Shown in pieces: positions 51,951-64,000 of a DNA stretch of 64,000 nt. Numbering within the stretch: the first letter of the stretch is position 1; each line of letters opens with the position of its first letter. The notes beneath the pieces were generated by a model that saw only the letters and a program-made list of their open reading frames with translations, did not search any database and had not been told where the DNA came from. The stretch is from the human T2T-CHM13v2.0 reference genome, Homo sapiens. Location: assembly GCF_009914755.1 (NCBI RefSeq), contig NC_060927.1; one strand, given 5' to 3'. Made by a program: the position numbers and the translations under genes.

Positions 51951-52639
51951 AGAACAATGTGGTTGACTGTGTCTTAAGGGCAGCTCCCAGATGATCCCTT
52001 AGTAGAAGTATGACTGGACATTCTTTACAGTAGACTGGGTATAGAGAGGTTACTGGAGCCTGGAAAGATTTCTCAGGGTGCCCTAAGGTAAGCTCACAGC
52101 CTGAACCCTGAGGAACGTTTAATAGTGAAGCTCACTGCCTTTCTCCTTATCAGCCTTCTCAAGTCTTTATCTTGGTTAACCTCAACACCATCCACTTAGA
52201 TTTCTAAGCTGGAGATCTCAGAACCATCCTTGCTTCCCTCCTCTTCCAAACCAAGCATTCAAAGAGTCACCAAGTACAACTGATTCTATTTAAGTTCAAT
52301 GTGGCATTTTGTTTTGTTACTAAATTCTTAAATACATGCATCCTCATAGAAAAAATTGATAGATGAAAAGATAAAGCAGCAGGAGAAAAGTCACTCTCAA
52401 TTCCATTGTTAATATTTTCTAGTATTCATGAAATTTTCTATCAAGTTCTGTATATAACTTTGACTATAGATTTTTTAAATTTGTTTTTTTAATCTATTCT
52501 TGACTCTCCTGCTCTCCTTCATTTATTGAAACTGATTTTAAGACCTTTCCTCATCTGAAACAAAGTATTTCCTGTCCCTAAAGACAGAAGAGTAATGAAA
52601 ACAAGCGTGAACCCTGCTTTCATGGGGCCCACAAGGAAT

Positions 52640-53030
52640 GTATGTAAATCTTTCCTTCCCTTCTTTAACACAAGGAGTCTCATACAGCTCATACTCTTTA
52701 TTCCTCATAACATTATATTTGGAAATCATTTTATATCAATTCCTCATTCCTATTTCCTTGTATCCTAGCATCATAATATAACCAGCCCTACTGATGGATA
52801 TTGATGGGTATTTAAGGTGCTTCCAATCTTTTGCTATTGCAAACAGTACTACAGTAAACAACCTTATACATAAGCCATTTCATGCATGCAGGACCAGAGC
52901 TATAGGATAAACCCCTGAGAGTAGGGCTTGGGGAGAAATTGCCAAATTGCCCTCCACAGAGTTTTACCAAATAACATTCCATCAGCAATGTATAAGAGTG
53001 CCAGCTTCCCCACCACCTTGGAACACTTTT
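52640..53030 (-). mobile_element. Ancient L1ME-like fragment (antisense)
   Basis: gatgggtatttaaggtgcttccaatcttttgctattgcaaaca..aattgccaaattgccctcca..ccatcagcaatgtataagagtgcc. Confidence 0.75.
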
Positions 53031-53916
53031 ATTCTCTTCTTAGAACTACTTGGTGGCCTGGAGAAATCTCGTAGCTGATCAAACTGAAGGAGCAGGAATG
53101 TGAAGTGGAAGGATTCTCCCCTCTCCCAGGCCACCGAGAAACTTGTCTTAATGGAGGTCTGGGTTTATTTTTTAAGAGCCTTTATTCCTTATAGAAGAAA
53201 GAAGAAGGAGAAAAAAACAGAAAAACCTACAATGCTACTATGTGAGTGCCACAAAGAGGAACAGATTTCTGTCCCATGTTTCCAACGAAACCAACCACTT
53301 AAAAAGATACAGGGCGCCATTCAGGGTTGTTGGAGCAGTAGAAGAACACGTAGATGATCTGCAATCAAATGGCCACTCGGGAGAGCAACCTGTGTGCTTT
53401 TACCCACAGAGCAGCCAGTTTCAACTGGAACTTATGCAGGGCCCGTTTGCAGACTTCTTTGTGCGGTGGTTCATTCCCCATCTTAGAGGCTGGGGCAGGT
53501 TAGGAGAGAGCGCCCATGTTGTACAACAGTATATCTGAGCTGCCCTTTATGCCTACCTATTTCTTTCCCTGCTTTCACCCCTTTGTGTGTTTTTAATGGG
53601 GATAAGTGTGAGCTATACTGGAGCGCAATCACATTGTGGTCTTAAAAGGGTCTCTGATGATAGAAAATATGTCAATTTATTATTTCCCTCAGGACAGAGA
53701 AAAAAGTACAAAGGTTCAATGGATGATGAAGATAATACTTGTGCACTGTATAGCATTTTCCAACAAAGGATTTTAAGGTGATTTTCCTTTAAAAAATATT
53801 TTATATTTTAGTCCCATTTTGTAGGTGGGGAGACAAGAAGATTTCGTAGTGACTAAAATGTCCTAGTGGTGGGACCCTGCATAGAGTCAGCATCTCTATG
53901 ATCCTTCCGGGCTCTT

Positions 53917-53936
53917 TTCACTCCCTCTAGTGGAAT
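53917..53936 (-). promoter_or_regulatory. Candidate CTCF motif
   Basis: Minus strand reads ATTCCACTAGAGGGAGTGA versus core CCACYAGRGGGCGC; motif evidence only. Confidence 0.4.
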
Positions 53937-56900
53937 TTGGTTCTTCACATCAGAGTTTTGACAGCAATAGCAAGCACTGTGCTATTGTGTGCGATCTTTT
54001 GGGTACCAGAGCCAGTTTCATCAAATCTTCAACCTGATGGCTCTATCTGTGATCAGAGCTATCTCATGTACCTACAGTTGCAGTTTCTTTAAATAACAAT
54101 TAGCGCAGGAGATCCTGGGCTGCTCTTGAATGCAGGGAGTATGCTGGTGAAACTCAGCAAGGAGGTGGTCACTTGTTTTTTTGTCACGCAGGGTCTTTCA
54201 TAATGAATCAACAAAGCATTGACAATAGTTTTCTTGTAAACTGAACAAACCTTATAAATGGTGTGTGGTCTCCCCTCCCCCATGAATTAGTTCCTTTGTC
54301 CTGAAATGTGTGGTTAGCCCAGATATTCATTCCGCTCTGCTGGGAGAGTGGCAGAGTCTAGGGAGGCACCCAGAATGTGCAAGACAAGTCGACATTTTAC
54401 ATTTTGGTCTTCTTTATCAGAGCTGGAAATATTTCATTTGTACCTTGACAAATCAGGAAAAAAAAAAAAAGCATGGGTGGACAGCATAGAAAACTTTCCC
54501 AAGTATCTGAGTGATCAATTTTAGGACATGAATGTGATAGCTGCTTCCTCTTTTTTATGTGTACAATGATGAAAGGAAATTAAGACTGTAGAAACAGTTT
54601 TTAAAGTGCTTTGTATGGCTGCTTGAAATTCATTATATGATTGCCTGTTTTTTAAAAACCTAAATAAGGAGGGCTAAAGTACTTAGGAGAAAACTAATTG
54701 CTTTAAGCTTTTCCTCCTCAGTGTATGCTATTCTCTGCTGTTATATAATCTTGGATATTGAGCAACTGAATGAAAGAAACAGTGTCTTACTTAAAGTAAA
54801 TGGACAAACATCATTTACTGCTGGCGTTTTTGGCTCTTGGGGTGGGGGTGGGGAAGATATCTCATAGTGAAGTTCACCATAGCTTAGAGTTCATAAAATC
54901 AACCTTATTGTCAAAACACTGAAATAAAAATTCACAGAATTGAAAGGAGCAAATCTATGTGGAGGCAGGTTTTTAAAATCTTGAAATGTTCAAGTTTTGC
55001 TTCTTGTCTTTACAAAAAGGCAAATTATGATGGCATAATTTTTGACATGTTGTTACCAGAGAGATTGTGTGTTGGAATGTATATTAGATTAAATTGATAG
55101 ATGGTTGTGTGAAAAGAACTGCAATATTCAAACTTGACTGTATGCATAAAATTATTTACAGAACTATACCACATTAATACCATCTTATTTCATTTCAGAT
55201 ATAATTTTACTTAATGGTAATTTTTATAAAGGATATGAATGTGTTTTTCTTTTTTAAAAAAGAATTGCCAAAATCATTGCCAACACATGAAAACAAGTCA
55301 ATGATTAAGATCACATAAACCCATGTCATATGTATATTCAATCCAGAATTGTTTTAGGGTCATTGTAGCCATAGAGTTTTCAAATAAATTATTTGAATAT
55401 AAAAGTAGATTATGTATTTCCCCTGTGGCTGGCCAAATGTCTTTTCAACAAAGGGTAAAATAAGAAGGCTATTTTTTGTGTAAAAGAGTGATCTTTTTAG
55501 TCATGCTTGGCTGCCTTTTCAGGACTGTCTCCATTTATAATGAGATATTCTTGAACTCATTTGAACCAGAAAGTTTAGTAAATTTGTGGTACATTTTTAC
55601 ATAAAATATCATAATTTGTTTTAAAGGATCAGGTCTAGAGCAAAGAGAAAGTATATGAATGATTGTTTTGATTTTTAGACTATAATTTTGAGCTGACATC
55701 TACATTGGACAATGTCTGGAATATTGAAAAAATATATTTATTTGGTTACTATTTCATACTTCTTGGCAGTTCTAATTTCATCTTATTGTCTACTTAAAAG
55801 TGTGCTTGCTATTCAAATCTCAGTTGAAGCTGTCATAAAGACTATCATTACAATAGTTTCTATAGTTTTCAGAGTTCTTGGCATTGAAAGGTGATGATGG
55901 CCCTTCCAGAATAATAAGAAAAAGTATTTTATATAAATTTTATGGCTCTGCTTTGAAGTAAATTTGACTTATATGCAAATTTGCTAATATTAACTTTTTT
56001 CTTTTCCTATTAACATAGTTAGTAAAAAAAATAATCCTAAGGCTGGAAATGCACGGGCATATGCTTACACACATGTAGTGGTGAAAGAAATCTTTTTGAA
56101 AACTGAAAGTAAATTTTGACGTGATCATTAACATATAAAAACATGTTTGTGTTATTCTCTAGTGTTTTAACATTCTCTACACTTAACTATTTTTCTAATA
56201 TACCTGAAGATCTTTTTTAAAAAATTTTAGTTATATTTTTTGCAGTTACAAGCAGAAAAATCAGTTAATAGATTTTTAATCTGATATCAAAAATCAACTC
56301 CATATAGTACTTATTTCCAATCTTATTTCTCTAATTGTACTTTGAAATGGATACATTATTTGTTTTACATTTGTACTTCCCTTGAACCTCCTATTTTCTT
56401 TTAACTACTCTACAACAAATGCCAATTTTTTTCTATTCTTTTCCCTTTATCTGATTTTTACAGCAAATGATGTGTCATGTCTCTCCTGAAATTGACCATT
56501 CTTTTCAGAAAAGATTTTTTCTTTTTTGGCCTATGGTGCTACACTGAAAAAGTCACCCAGCTAAAATGAGTTACTTCATTTCCAAATAAAAACAATAGTG
56601 TTTTCATGCCTGCACTTATTATTATTCTGAGAATGTACTAATTTGTTACATCCAAGATGACGGTTCGTTGGGTCCGTGAAAAGGGCAGTGTGCCAACTAC
56701 AGCAGGGAAGTAAAAGGACTTCTTTCATGGGAAGTAGTGGGACAGAAAGTAGCCCGCAGTTCTTGTGGGCATCAGGAGGCACGCTGCCAATGGAGTCATC
56801 CCAGTATCAAGATTTCCTGTGTTGGGTTCTGAATCAAGCTAAAACTATGATTTCACTAATGTCGGCCTGGGCGGTCAAATTTTCAAACTCGCTATTACGC

Positions 56901-59900
56901 TAAGGAACAACTGATAGATGTTTTATCCCCATAGGCACTGGCTGATGCGAAACAAGGATTTTGAATGTGTACAGTGCATTATTACTTTTGGTATTAAGCT
57001 TAAATAATTGTCTACTTACCCTGAGCTGGTAATAGCAAAATACAAGCAAAGGAGGACATTTTTACAAAGTAAAACTGCAAAACAGATTTATCTATATTAC
57101 TATGGATTTTTTTTATTGTTGTTCTTCTCCCCTATTAAATTTGAATGATAATGAAGTTTGATTCTATACTTTTATTCGGCTCTAAACCAGGGTGGTCTCA
57201 TAATTTTGTTTTACATGCATGACATTGCTTAAGGTCATTAGTTGTAAATCGTAGTACAAAAAGGCTGAAAATATATTCAGCACTTTGTAGTTTCCGAATA
57301 CACATTTAAGAGCTGCTATGAAAAGTCGAGACCTACATGGCAGATTTTCTGGCACTGAATGGTCAATTTAGTGATGTAGATTAGTGAATCCAAACAGTAA
57401 GTGGAGAGAGACTATAATAATGCTTTGATATGTCCCTCTGTTGAAGCATATCCTGGTTGATCCATTTTCTGTTATTGTAATATTTTTCTTTGCTCTATGG
57501 CAAAATGCTCTCTACTTTCTTATTTTTTAAGAATATAACCCAGAAAAAGTTATCCATTTTTAAAAATAACTTTCATCTGCTTTTGGTACCACTTAATAAA
57601 TGAAAAAAAAAAGCAGATTTGGATTATGAATTGAGTTTTATTTTGTTGGAATAAAAAACTTTCCTTTGATAACATTTGCTTTTTGTTCAATATGTATTTG
57701 CCGAGTTTTTCTTTTATCATAAAGTTTTAATTCATGGTCCCTTTTATTTTGAAGGGGAGTGTACTTTAAGCAACATTTATACAGCAACCATTTTAATAAT
57801 GATGATAATGTTATTTTATCGAAATCTTGAAATAGGTTTTAATCAAAGTTTGACTGACCTTGACGTGATATTTTGAGTCCTTTTTCATTTTTGTGACTAG
57901 GAAGTAAAAACAAGTTCTGCCTTTTATATTCTTCATGAGTTATGAATTTAATTTTCTTGACATCTTACTTCAAAATCAAGGGCAATATGTATTTTTCTTT
58001 TTAATTCCAAATGGAAACTGGCTGAATTCACAATAAAGACAACTGAAAATTGGAATTGTTTAAAAATTAAAAAAAAAAATACACCGTTGTAGCAGATTTT
58101 AAATGAAGTAGATTATCAAGTGGACTGCTAATTTTTGCCTTTCCAAAATGTTGGATATTTAACCCTCAGAATAATTAAATATTTGTAATAAAGCAGTTAA
58201 TTCAAGCAGTTTATTGCTGTAATTTGCAAAAGTACATTGAGCTGCTTTCTTTTCAGCTCATTGATGGAGGAACAAACATTTCTTTAATAAGACTACAGCA
58301 CATTCTAATTTTGTTGCAAAAGCTTAGATAAGGATCAGGCCCCCTCTGAATCACTGCATTGACCTATGACATTGAAAGTGCTGAAGCTCTTTGGCAAAAG
58401 AAGAGTTAGACATTCATTATTATGCACAGGACTTTCCAGTTCTAAAGGGGCTCTGTGCTTTCTCTCAGATAGACTTTGTTTGTTGGAAATGAGAACTGTA
58501 TTTTGGCAGCAAAGGACCAGAACTGAAGCTACTCTGCAGGCAGAATCATTATGACATAATCCTTCATTAATCCTCATTCTCTATTAATAGATCATGCAGA
58601 AGTTTTCCTTTAGTTGATCATCTTCATCAAGGAGCTATGGAAAAGCATTACCAGTGAAATGCCCACCTCTGGTTTTAAGACTGTTTGTTTATATCCATCT
58701 TTATTAGTTGCAAAGATTAATGGTGAAAATAATCTCTTAGACTTTGCTTGGTATACAAACCACATATGAGGACCTAAAAAATCTGATATAACTGAATTTT
58801 CATGTTTTGGGGGTAAAACTCACCTGGAAATAAAACATAGCACTTAACAATAAAAAAGAAAAAATTATCAGGCTAAAATTTGTTTCTGGTGAGATAAAGG
58901 GGTTCTAGTCACAGAAGCACGGGAATAGTAGCTAAGCAGCCCAACTTCCCATATTGCTTAAGAAAACAAGTTATCATACAAAATATGTATTTTTCTAACT
59001 GTTACTTAACAGATTGAATTACTCTTGAGATGCTCAACTTTTCATGGTGGGTGGTGAGGGTGCATCTCCTTTAGAAGGATACATATGTACTTGTTTTTGT
59101 CCAAATTATCTGCCCAGATCAGACACTGGAGCTGCGACCTTCCAATGTAAGATTTTCATCATATCCTTTTAAGAATTTGGGGACTCATGTAAAATGTATT
59201 TAGAGAAAATAAATAAATATCACTTGCTGTTTTCATATACACCCTTGGGGTCTTGATAAGCCAAAGTTCTCACAGAAGGTCTGGTTCATCAGTTCAGCCT
59301 CACCATGAGCCCCATGGCCTGCTGCTGTCCCTGACACTGACACTAGGCACCACGTCTTTGACTCATCTTTGTTGATAGACCCAAAACTTCATTTGAAGGC
59401 ATAGTTTAGGAATATTAGGAGGAGATTTTTATGATATTTATTTTACATTTAGTCGACAGAATTTAAATATTTTAAAATAAAAACTATCCATAGGGAGATG
59501 ATTCGATTAAGCAGTATGTACCGTTCCTAGAGGAGTATGCTGAAAAAGCTTTCTCTAGGTTTTGCAGGTGATTGTTCCAGTAGAGGTGTGCTCATAGTGT
59601 TTAGTCATTAATGGAGACTGTGCCTCCGTTGGAACTGGCTAATAGGTCCAGATTGATCCCTCATAGTAATGTCACTAATACTTGTAATACTAGAAAATAT
59701 GCATGCTACCAAAAAATTGTAGGAACATATTTTTATGTTGTCTGGCACATATTTCTGAATTAAAAACTCACAGAAGGTAAGAAGTTGTCCATAGACACAC
59801 AAATTGTAATTGTTTAATTTGGCTTTTAATCTAAGCCTTCCCATCTTTTAATGATTTTATGTATAATCTGCAGTAAAGAGAACTAGGATTTATTGAACAA

Positions 59901-60639
59901 CTGTTATAAATAGACCACCTCCCTAGGTCTAATTAATTTCAAGGCTAATAGTCTAAGCTAATTGAAAGAGAGTCACCATAGAACTGTAAGGTAAAAGCTG
60001 TACTTTCTAGGCCTTTGATGTTCAGGTTGAATTGGAATCTGGGTTTGAAAATTTCTACAAGCTAAACCAGAGATGGTCAGGGGACACTCCAGGCAAGGCC
60101 TAAAAAATCAAAATGTGACCAGTGTTTTAATGCAGTGGCTCCCCTTTTGTTTATCAGAATTGCTGGTGGTGGCTGGTAAGGCAACATAGACAATGCATAA
60201 TATTCAGCCCTCAAAAGGACATTTTCATAATACTAAATGTTTATACTCAAGAATCTACCAGAAAAGTACTTGAAAGTTACCGTAGTCAAGCCAAGACCTG
60301 CAAACCTGGAAAGCCAGTCAATATCACCATAGTGGGCAGCTTTTCCGAAATGTTTGCCCAGATCTTAATTTATTTGCTTTAACCTGAGATTTTTGTTGAC
60401 AGTAATAATATTTGACAATTAGTTTGTATTTAAGAAGATTTTACACAACAAAAAGTATGGTTGCATATGAAGAAAATAGGATTAAGAAATGTATTTCAAA
60501 TTTAATAAAAATGTGGATCATGGCAATTTGATATTGGCTTTTCTTGATGAGTTTTCCGGTGTGTGGATTTTGAAGTGGGCACAATGCTCCCTATCAGATC
60601 ATTTCAAATTGCTCCTGGACAGAATTCCTCCTCCTCCTC

Positions 60640-61121
60640 TGTATTATTTTTTTCACTGCTGCTGTAGTAACTCGCCACAAACTTACTGGCTTAAAACAAC
60701 ACAAATTCATTATTTTACAGTTCTAGAAGTCAGATGTCTAAAATGAGATGGTAAGGCCGTGTTCCCTCTTGGGGGCTTTAAGGAAGATCTATTTTCTTGA
60801 GCTTTCCATCTTCCAGAGGCCACATAAATCCTTTTGCTTGTGACCCGTTCCCCCATCTCCAAAGCTAGCAGGCAGCATAGCATCTTCGAATGTCTTTCTC
60901 TATCTCTCAGCTTCTATTGTCACTCAGCCTCTGTCTCACACTGACTTCTCCTGCATTGCTCTCATAAGGACCCCGGTCATTACCTCAGGCCAACCAGGCA
61001 ATCCAGGATAAACTCCCCATCTCAAGACCTTTAACCTGATTACTTCTGCAGAACCCCAAGGTAATATTCACAAGTTTTGCGTATTAGGGTGTGGACATCT
61101 TTGATGGTCATTACTATCACA
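60640..61121 (-). mobile_element. MLT1 (MLT1C-like) solo LTR
   Basis: tgtatta..ccacaaacttactggcttaaaacaacacaaatt..ataaggaccc..aatccaggataa..ccccatctcaaga..gtgtggacatcttt..ctatcaca; near-TSD tcctc/tcccc. Confidence 0.88.
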
Positions 61122-61189
61122 TCCCCTGACCCTCTGGGGAAGAATAGGGGACTGTTTTTCATTTCCTTGGGCATCAAACAGTGCTGAGA

Positions 61190-61350
61190 TCTGTGGTTCC
61201 ACACCTCTGCTGGGATGCTTTTTAAAATCCTTATGCCCAGGATATACCTCAGACCTATTATATCAAATTTCTCGGGGTGCGTCACAAGGCATCAAGTATT
61301 TTTAAAGCTCCCCAGATGATTTTAATGTGCAATCAAGGTGGATAACAACT
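61190..61350. mobile_element. MER5B-like DNA transposon
   Basis: tttaaaatccttatgcccagg..cctcagacctattatatca..aggcatc..tttttaaagctccccagatgattttaatgtgca. Confidence 0.75.
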
Positions 61351-62689
61351 TATTTAGGAGCCTCTTTTTCTCTCTAAAGACTCTCCTGGGATTTGGCTAG
61401 GATATATGAAAGCATTTAAATTTTATCAAACTGAATTCAGATTTTGTTGAGAGACAGGCACAAATTTCTAGGAGAATTTATATTTTAATGGCTCAATATT
61501 TGTTAGTTTAGACCAGCTTTAAAGTTTTATACTCAAAAGGACAGGATAAAGAAAACTTATTCTGTAAGTATCTAGTTCAAGTACTATTGGTTTAAATTAC
61601 TTTAATCTATAGATGAATCTTGTATTCTTTAAATGTGTAAATTAAAAAGCACTTTTTAGAATTTTTCCTGTAATAGTGTGAATTCAACTCAACATCTCAC
61701 ATGCTGTTTCAGCTGTAAATCAATGATACTGAATGTAAGCTAATATTCTGGGCTTGAAATTGGCTTAATAGTGAGTTACGTGGACTGGAATATAGAATAA
61801 TTCCTACCTAATGTGTCATCACTTAAAGTTTACTTCTCCACATAGCCAGAAGAATCTAATGATTTAGGAGGGCTTATTTTGGTTGAAATTTGAGTGTTCA
61901 ATTTATATAAAGTCACTGATTGGTCAAGACCTTTAGCCACAGCATGCAGAATCTTGACTCTTCTAATATATACATTACAAAATAATGTATATATTCTTAA
62001 TTACTCCAGATAATTACTCTTTAAAAAGGAGAGAGACAAAGAAAGTTGAGATTATTTTTACTCCATGGACTGAATGTTTGCATTGTTCATACGTTTTTAC
62101 AGGTTATTTTTAAGATTGGAGAAGAAGATCATTTGTATACTGGTCTCTATTGAGGATAAGAGTTTGGGAGACAGTTACAATGTAAAATGAACATGAGCCA
62201 TAAAATAGTCACTTGGTGTTTATGTTTTGATGATACGAAGACAACAAGGAATATAGTGGCTGCATTTTTCAGATGAGGACAAAAAGTCTAAGGAACAATG
62301 TTTGCCCTACTTCTACACTGATGAGAAATGTAGAAAATATTGCATACATATTACATTACTGGATTGCATAGAACATTTTCACAGCTTATGAGGGCAACAA
62401 ATAAAGCCTATGAAATCAAAACTGCCTTCTAGAATACTCCAAAAGTAAGCTTGAGTCCAAGTCATTTGTTAGATTCTTGTTCTTACTTTTCATAATGGAA
62501 AATATTTATTGATAATAAATACCAATATAAGAAATAAATAAAATTATGTGATACCAAATTTCTCAACTCTGTTGTGTATCAGGACCAAGGAACATGTTCA
62601 TTAGAATTTTTGACAAACACTAAAATCACTTTAAAAAATCCCACACGTGGAAGCTGTTTAATTAATACATATGTAATAACTAATAGCTA

Positions 62690-62880
62690 CAAGTAGGCAC
62701 TTCAAATTACTTCATTTAATTACACCTCACAACAGCTATTCAATATAAATAAAAATAATACTCCACTTTACAGATGAAAAGCCTGAGAACTAGAAAGATT
62801 TAGTAACTCTATCAAAATCATACAACTAATAAGTGGCAGAACCAGGAGACACATCCAAATGTGATTCTTAACTACTCCAG
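62690..62880 (-). mobile_element. MIR
   Basis: ttcatttaat..cctcacaacagc..ctccactttacagatgaaaagcctgag..tcatacaactaataagtggcagaaccagga. Confidence 0.8.
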
Positions 62881-63231
62881 GGCACTTCAGTTCAAGCTAG
62901 TGCAGGTTTTAACTAACTTGTGCTTTGGATTCACATGATCCCAGATCAGAGTAGAGAACAAGCATAGGCCAAATCTTTGTGGCCAGTTTGTTTTGCAGGA
63001 CATAGGAGAATAGAATGAGAGATACTCCTCCAAAAAAAAAAAAAAAAGGTGTTCAAGAAGTTTAATTTTTCATTTGAATTTATATCAAGTACTCATTTAA
63101 ACCATTCTCAAGATTATATTGATTCCTCTTTGTGTGCGTCCCACTTTGAAAATTCTCATCATTTGGAGGTAAATTTATTCCATTTTATTATTATCCTATA
63201 GAGGAAATATCTAAATTTTATTATTATAGAT

Positions 63232-63430
63232 CACTGTTTCTCAGCCTGTTCTTCTAATTGCAAAGATAAGAATTCCTTCCTTGTAAAAAACATTTTTCCT
63301 GGATCTCACTTTAGAATGCCTGAATCAAACTCTTTGGGGTCATGGCCTGGGGAATCTGGCTTTTCTTTTGCAAACTCACCAGGTTATTTGTGGTAGAAAT
63401 GAATTTCATTTGCTCAAAATCTAGATTTTG
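63232..63430. mobile_element. MER5/MER117-like hAT-Charlie remnant
   Basis: cactgtttctcagcc..cttgtaaaaaaca..ctgaatcaaactct..ggcctggggaatctg..caccaggttatt. Confidence 0.5.
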
Positions 63431-64000
63431 AAATCAATGCTCATTACGATGATTTAGACAGACAATGCAAAGCATCAGAGAGGTAGAAAAATGGTGAGGA
63501 TATACTCCATATTCTAGTCTCCTCTATCCCCATTTCTTGCTAACTCCCTCCTGCCCCTTTCTCCATTCATCAAACATGAGATGAAGTTTCCACAGTGTGC
63601 AGTCACTGGGCTGGCCTGAGATATTGCCAAATAGTTCAGGAGAGTGCATACTTCATCCCTGCTTTTGAATACTAAAGAAGGCCTGCTGTAAAAAAAAAAA
63701 AGTGTTTGTTATTGTTATATTCAGTGTTTTCCAAAATATTTACCCACAGAACCCTTTCTTTAAAGAATACGTGCTACTCCGGAAAGCACTGTTAGAAAAA
63801 GTGGACATGACAATGACATTATTTACATATCAAAATGCAATCAATAGCTGGTGGAATTCACTGGTGATGCATTCATTGCCTTTTTAAAACCACTGTTGCT
63901 TAAGCTAGCTCCTGGAAGACCTCACGCGTATTAGAGGCAATCCAGGTATTTGTGATACCAGACCTTATGTAGCCAAAAAGGATTCTTACTTCAAAGTTTC

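Noticed and set aside
53693-53777. Possible 85-nt + strand exon (ttccctcag|GACAG..TTAAG|gtgatt)
   Set aside because: Moderate donor, frameshifting length, overlaps an apparent antisense MIR remnant, and the peptide is not recognised
58952-58964. tattgcttaagaa, identical to part of miR-137
   Set aside because: The 3' half (tacgcgtag) is absent and there is no full hairpin; a chance AT-rich match

Overview
AT-rich, CpG-poor primate genomic DNA. AluY/AluS/AluJ, L1PA, MST/MLT LTRs, MIR, L2 and MER DNA transposons point to a human-like catarrhine genome. I found no recognisable protein-coding exon, RNA gene or CpG-island promoter, so this is most likely a large intron or gene desert; I cannot name the locus from sequence alone. 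The ORF track is explained by L1 ORF2 remnants, Alu reading frames, simple repeats and chance ORFs. Repeat-rich blocks alternate with multi-kb repeat-poor unique blocks (about 8.3-10.7, 11.8-14.4, 15.0-17.8, 41.6-44.6 and 53.9-59.9 kb). These blocks contain CpG-retaining, motif-dense patches that resemble developmental enhancers, which is inference and needs conservation or epigenomic data. The best-supported oddities are structural: a ~108-bp locally templated duplication bounded by TGTACC repeats, a palindromic purine-pyrimidine minisatellite, two twin-primed (5'-inverted) L1s, a 35-bp Alu stub, an orphan ~46-bp poly(A)-tailed insertion, and an L1 carrying an apparently captured ectopic segment. 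I see no convincing evidence of a new biological system. Repeat subfamily names come from recalled consensus sequences, and boundaries of old repeats are approximate.
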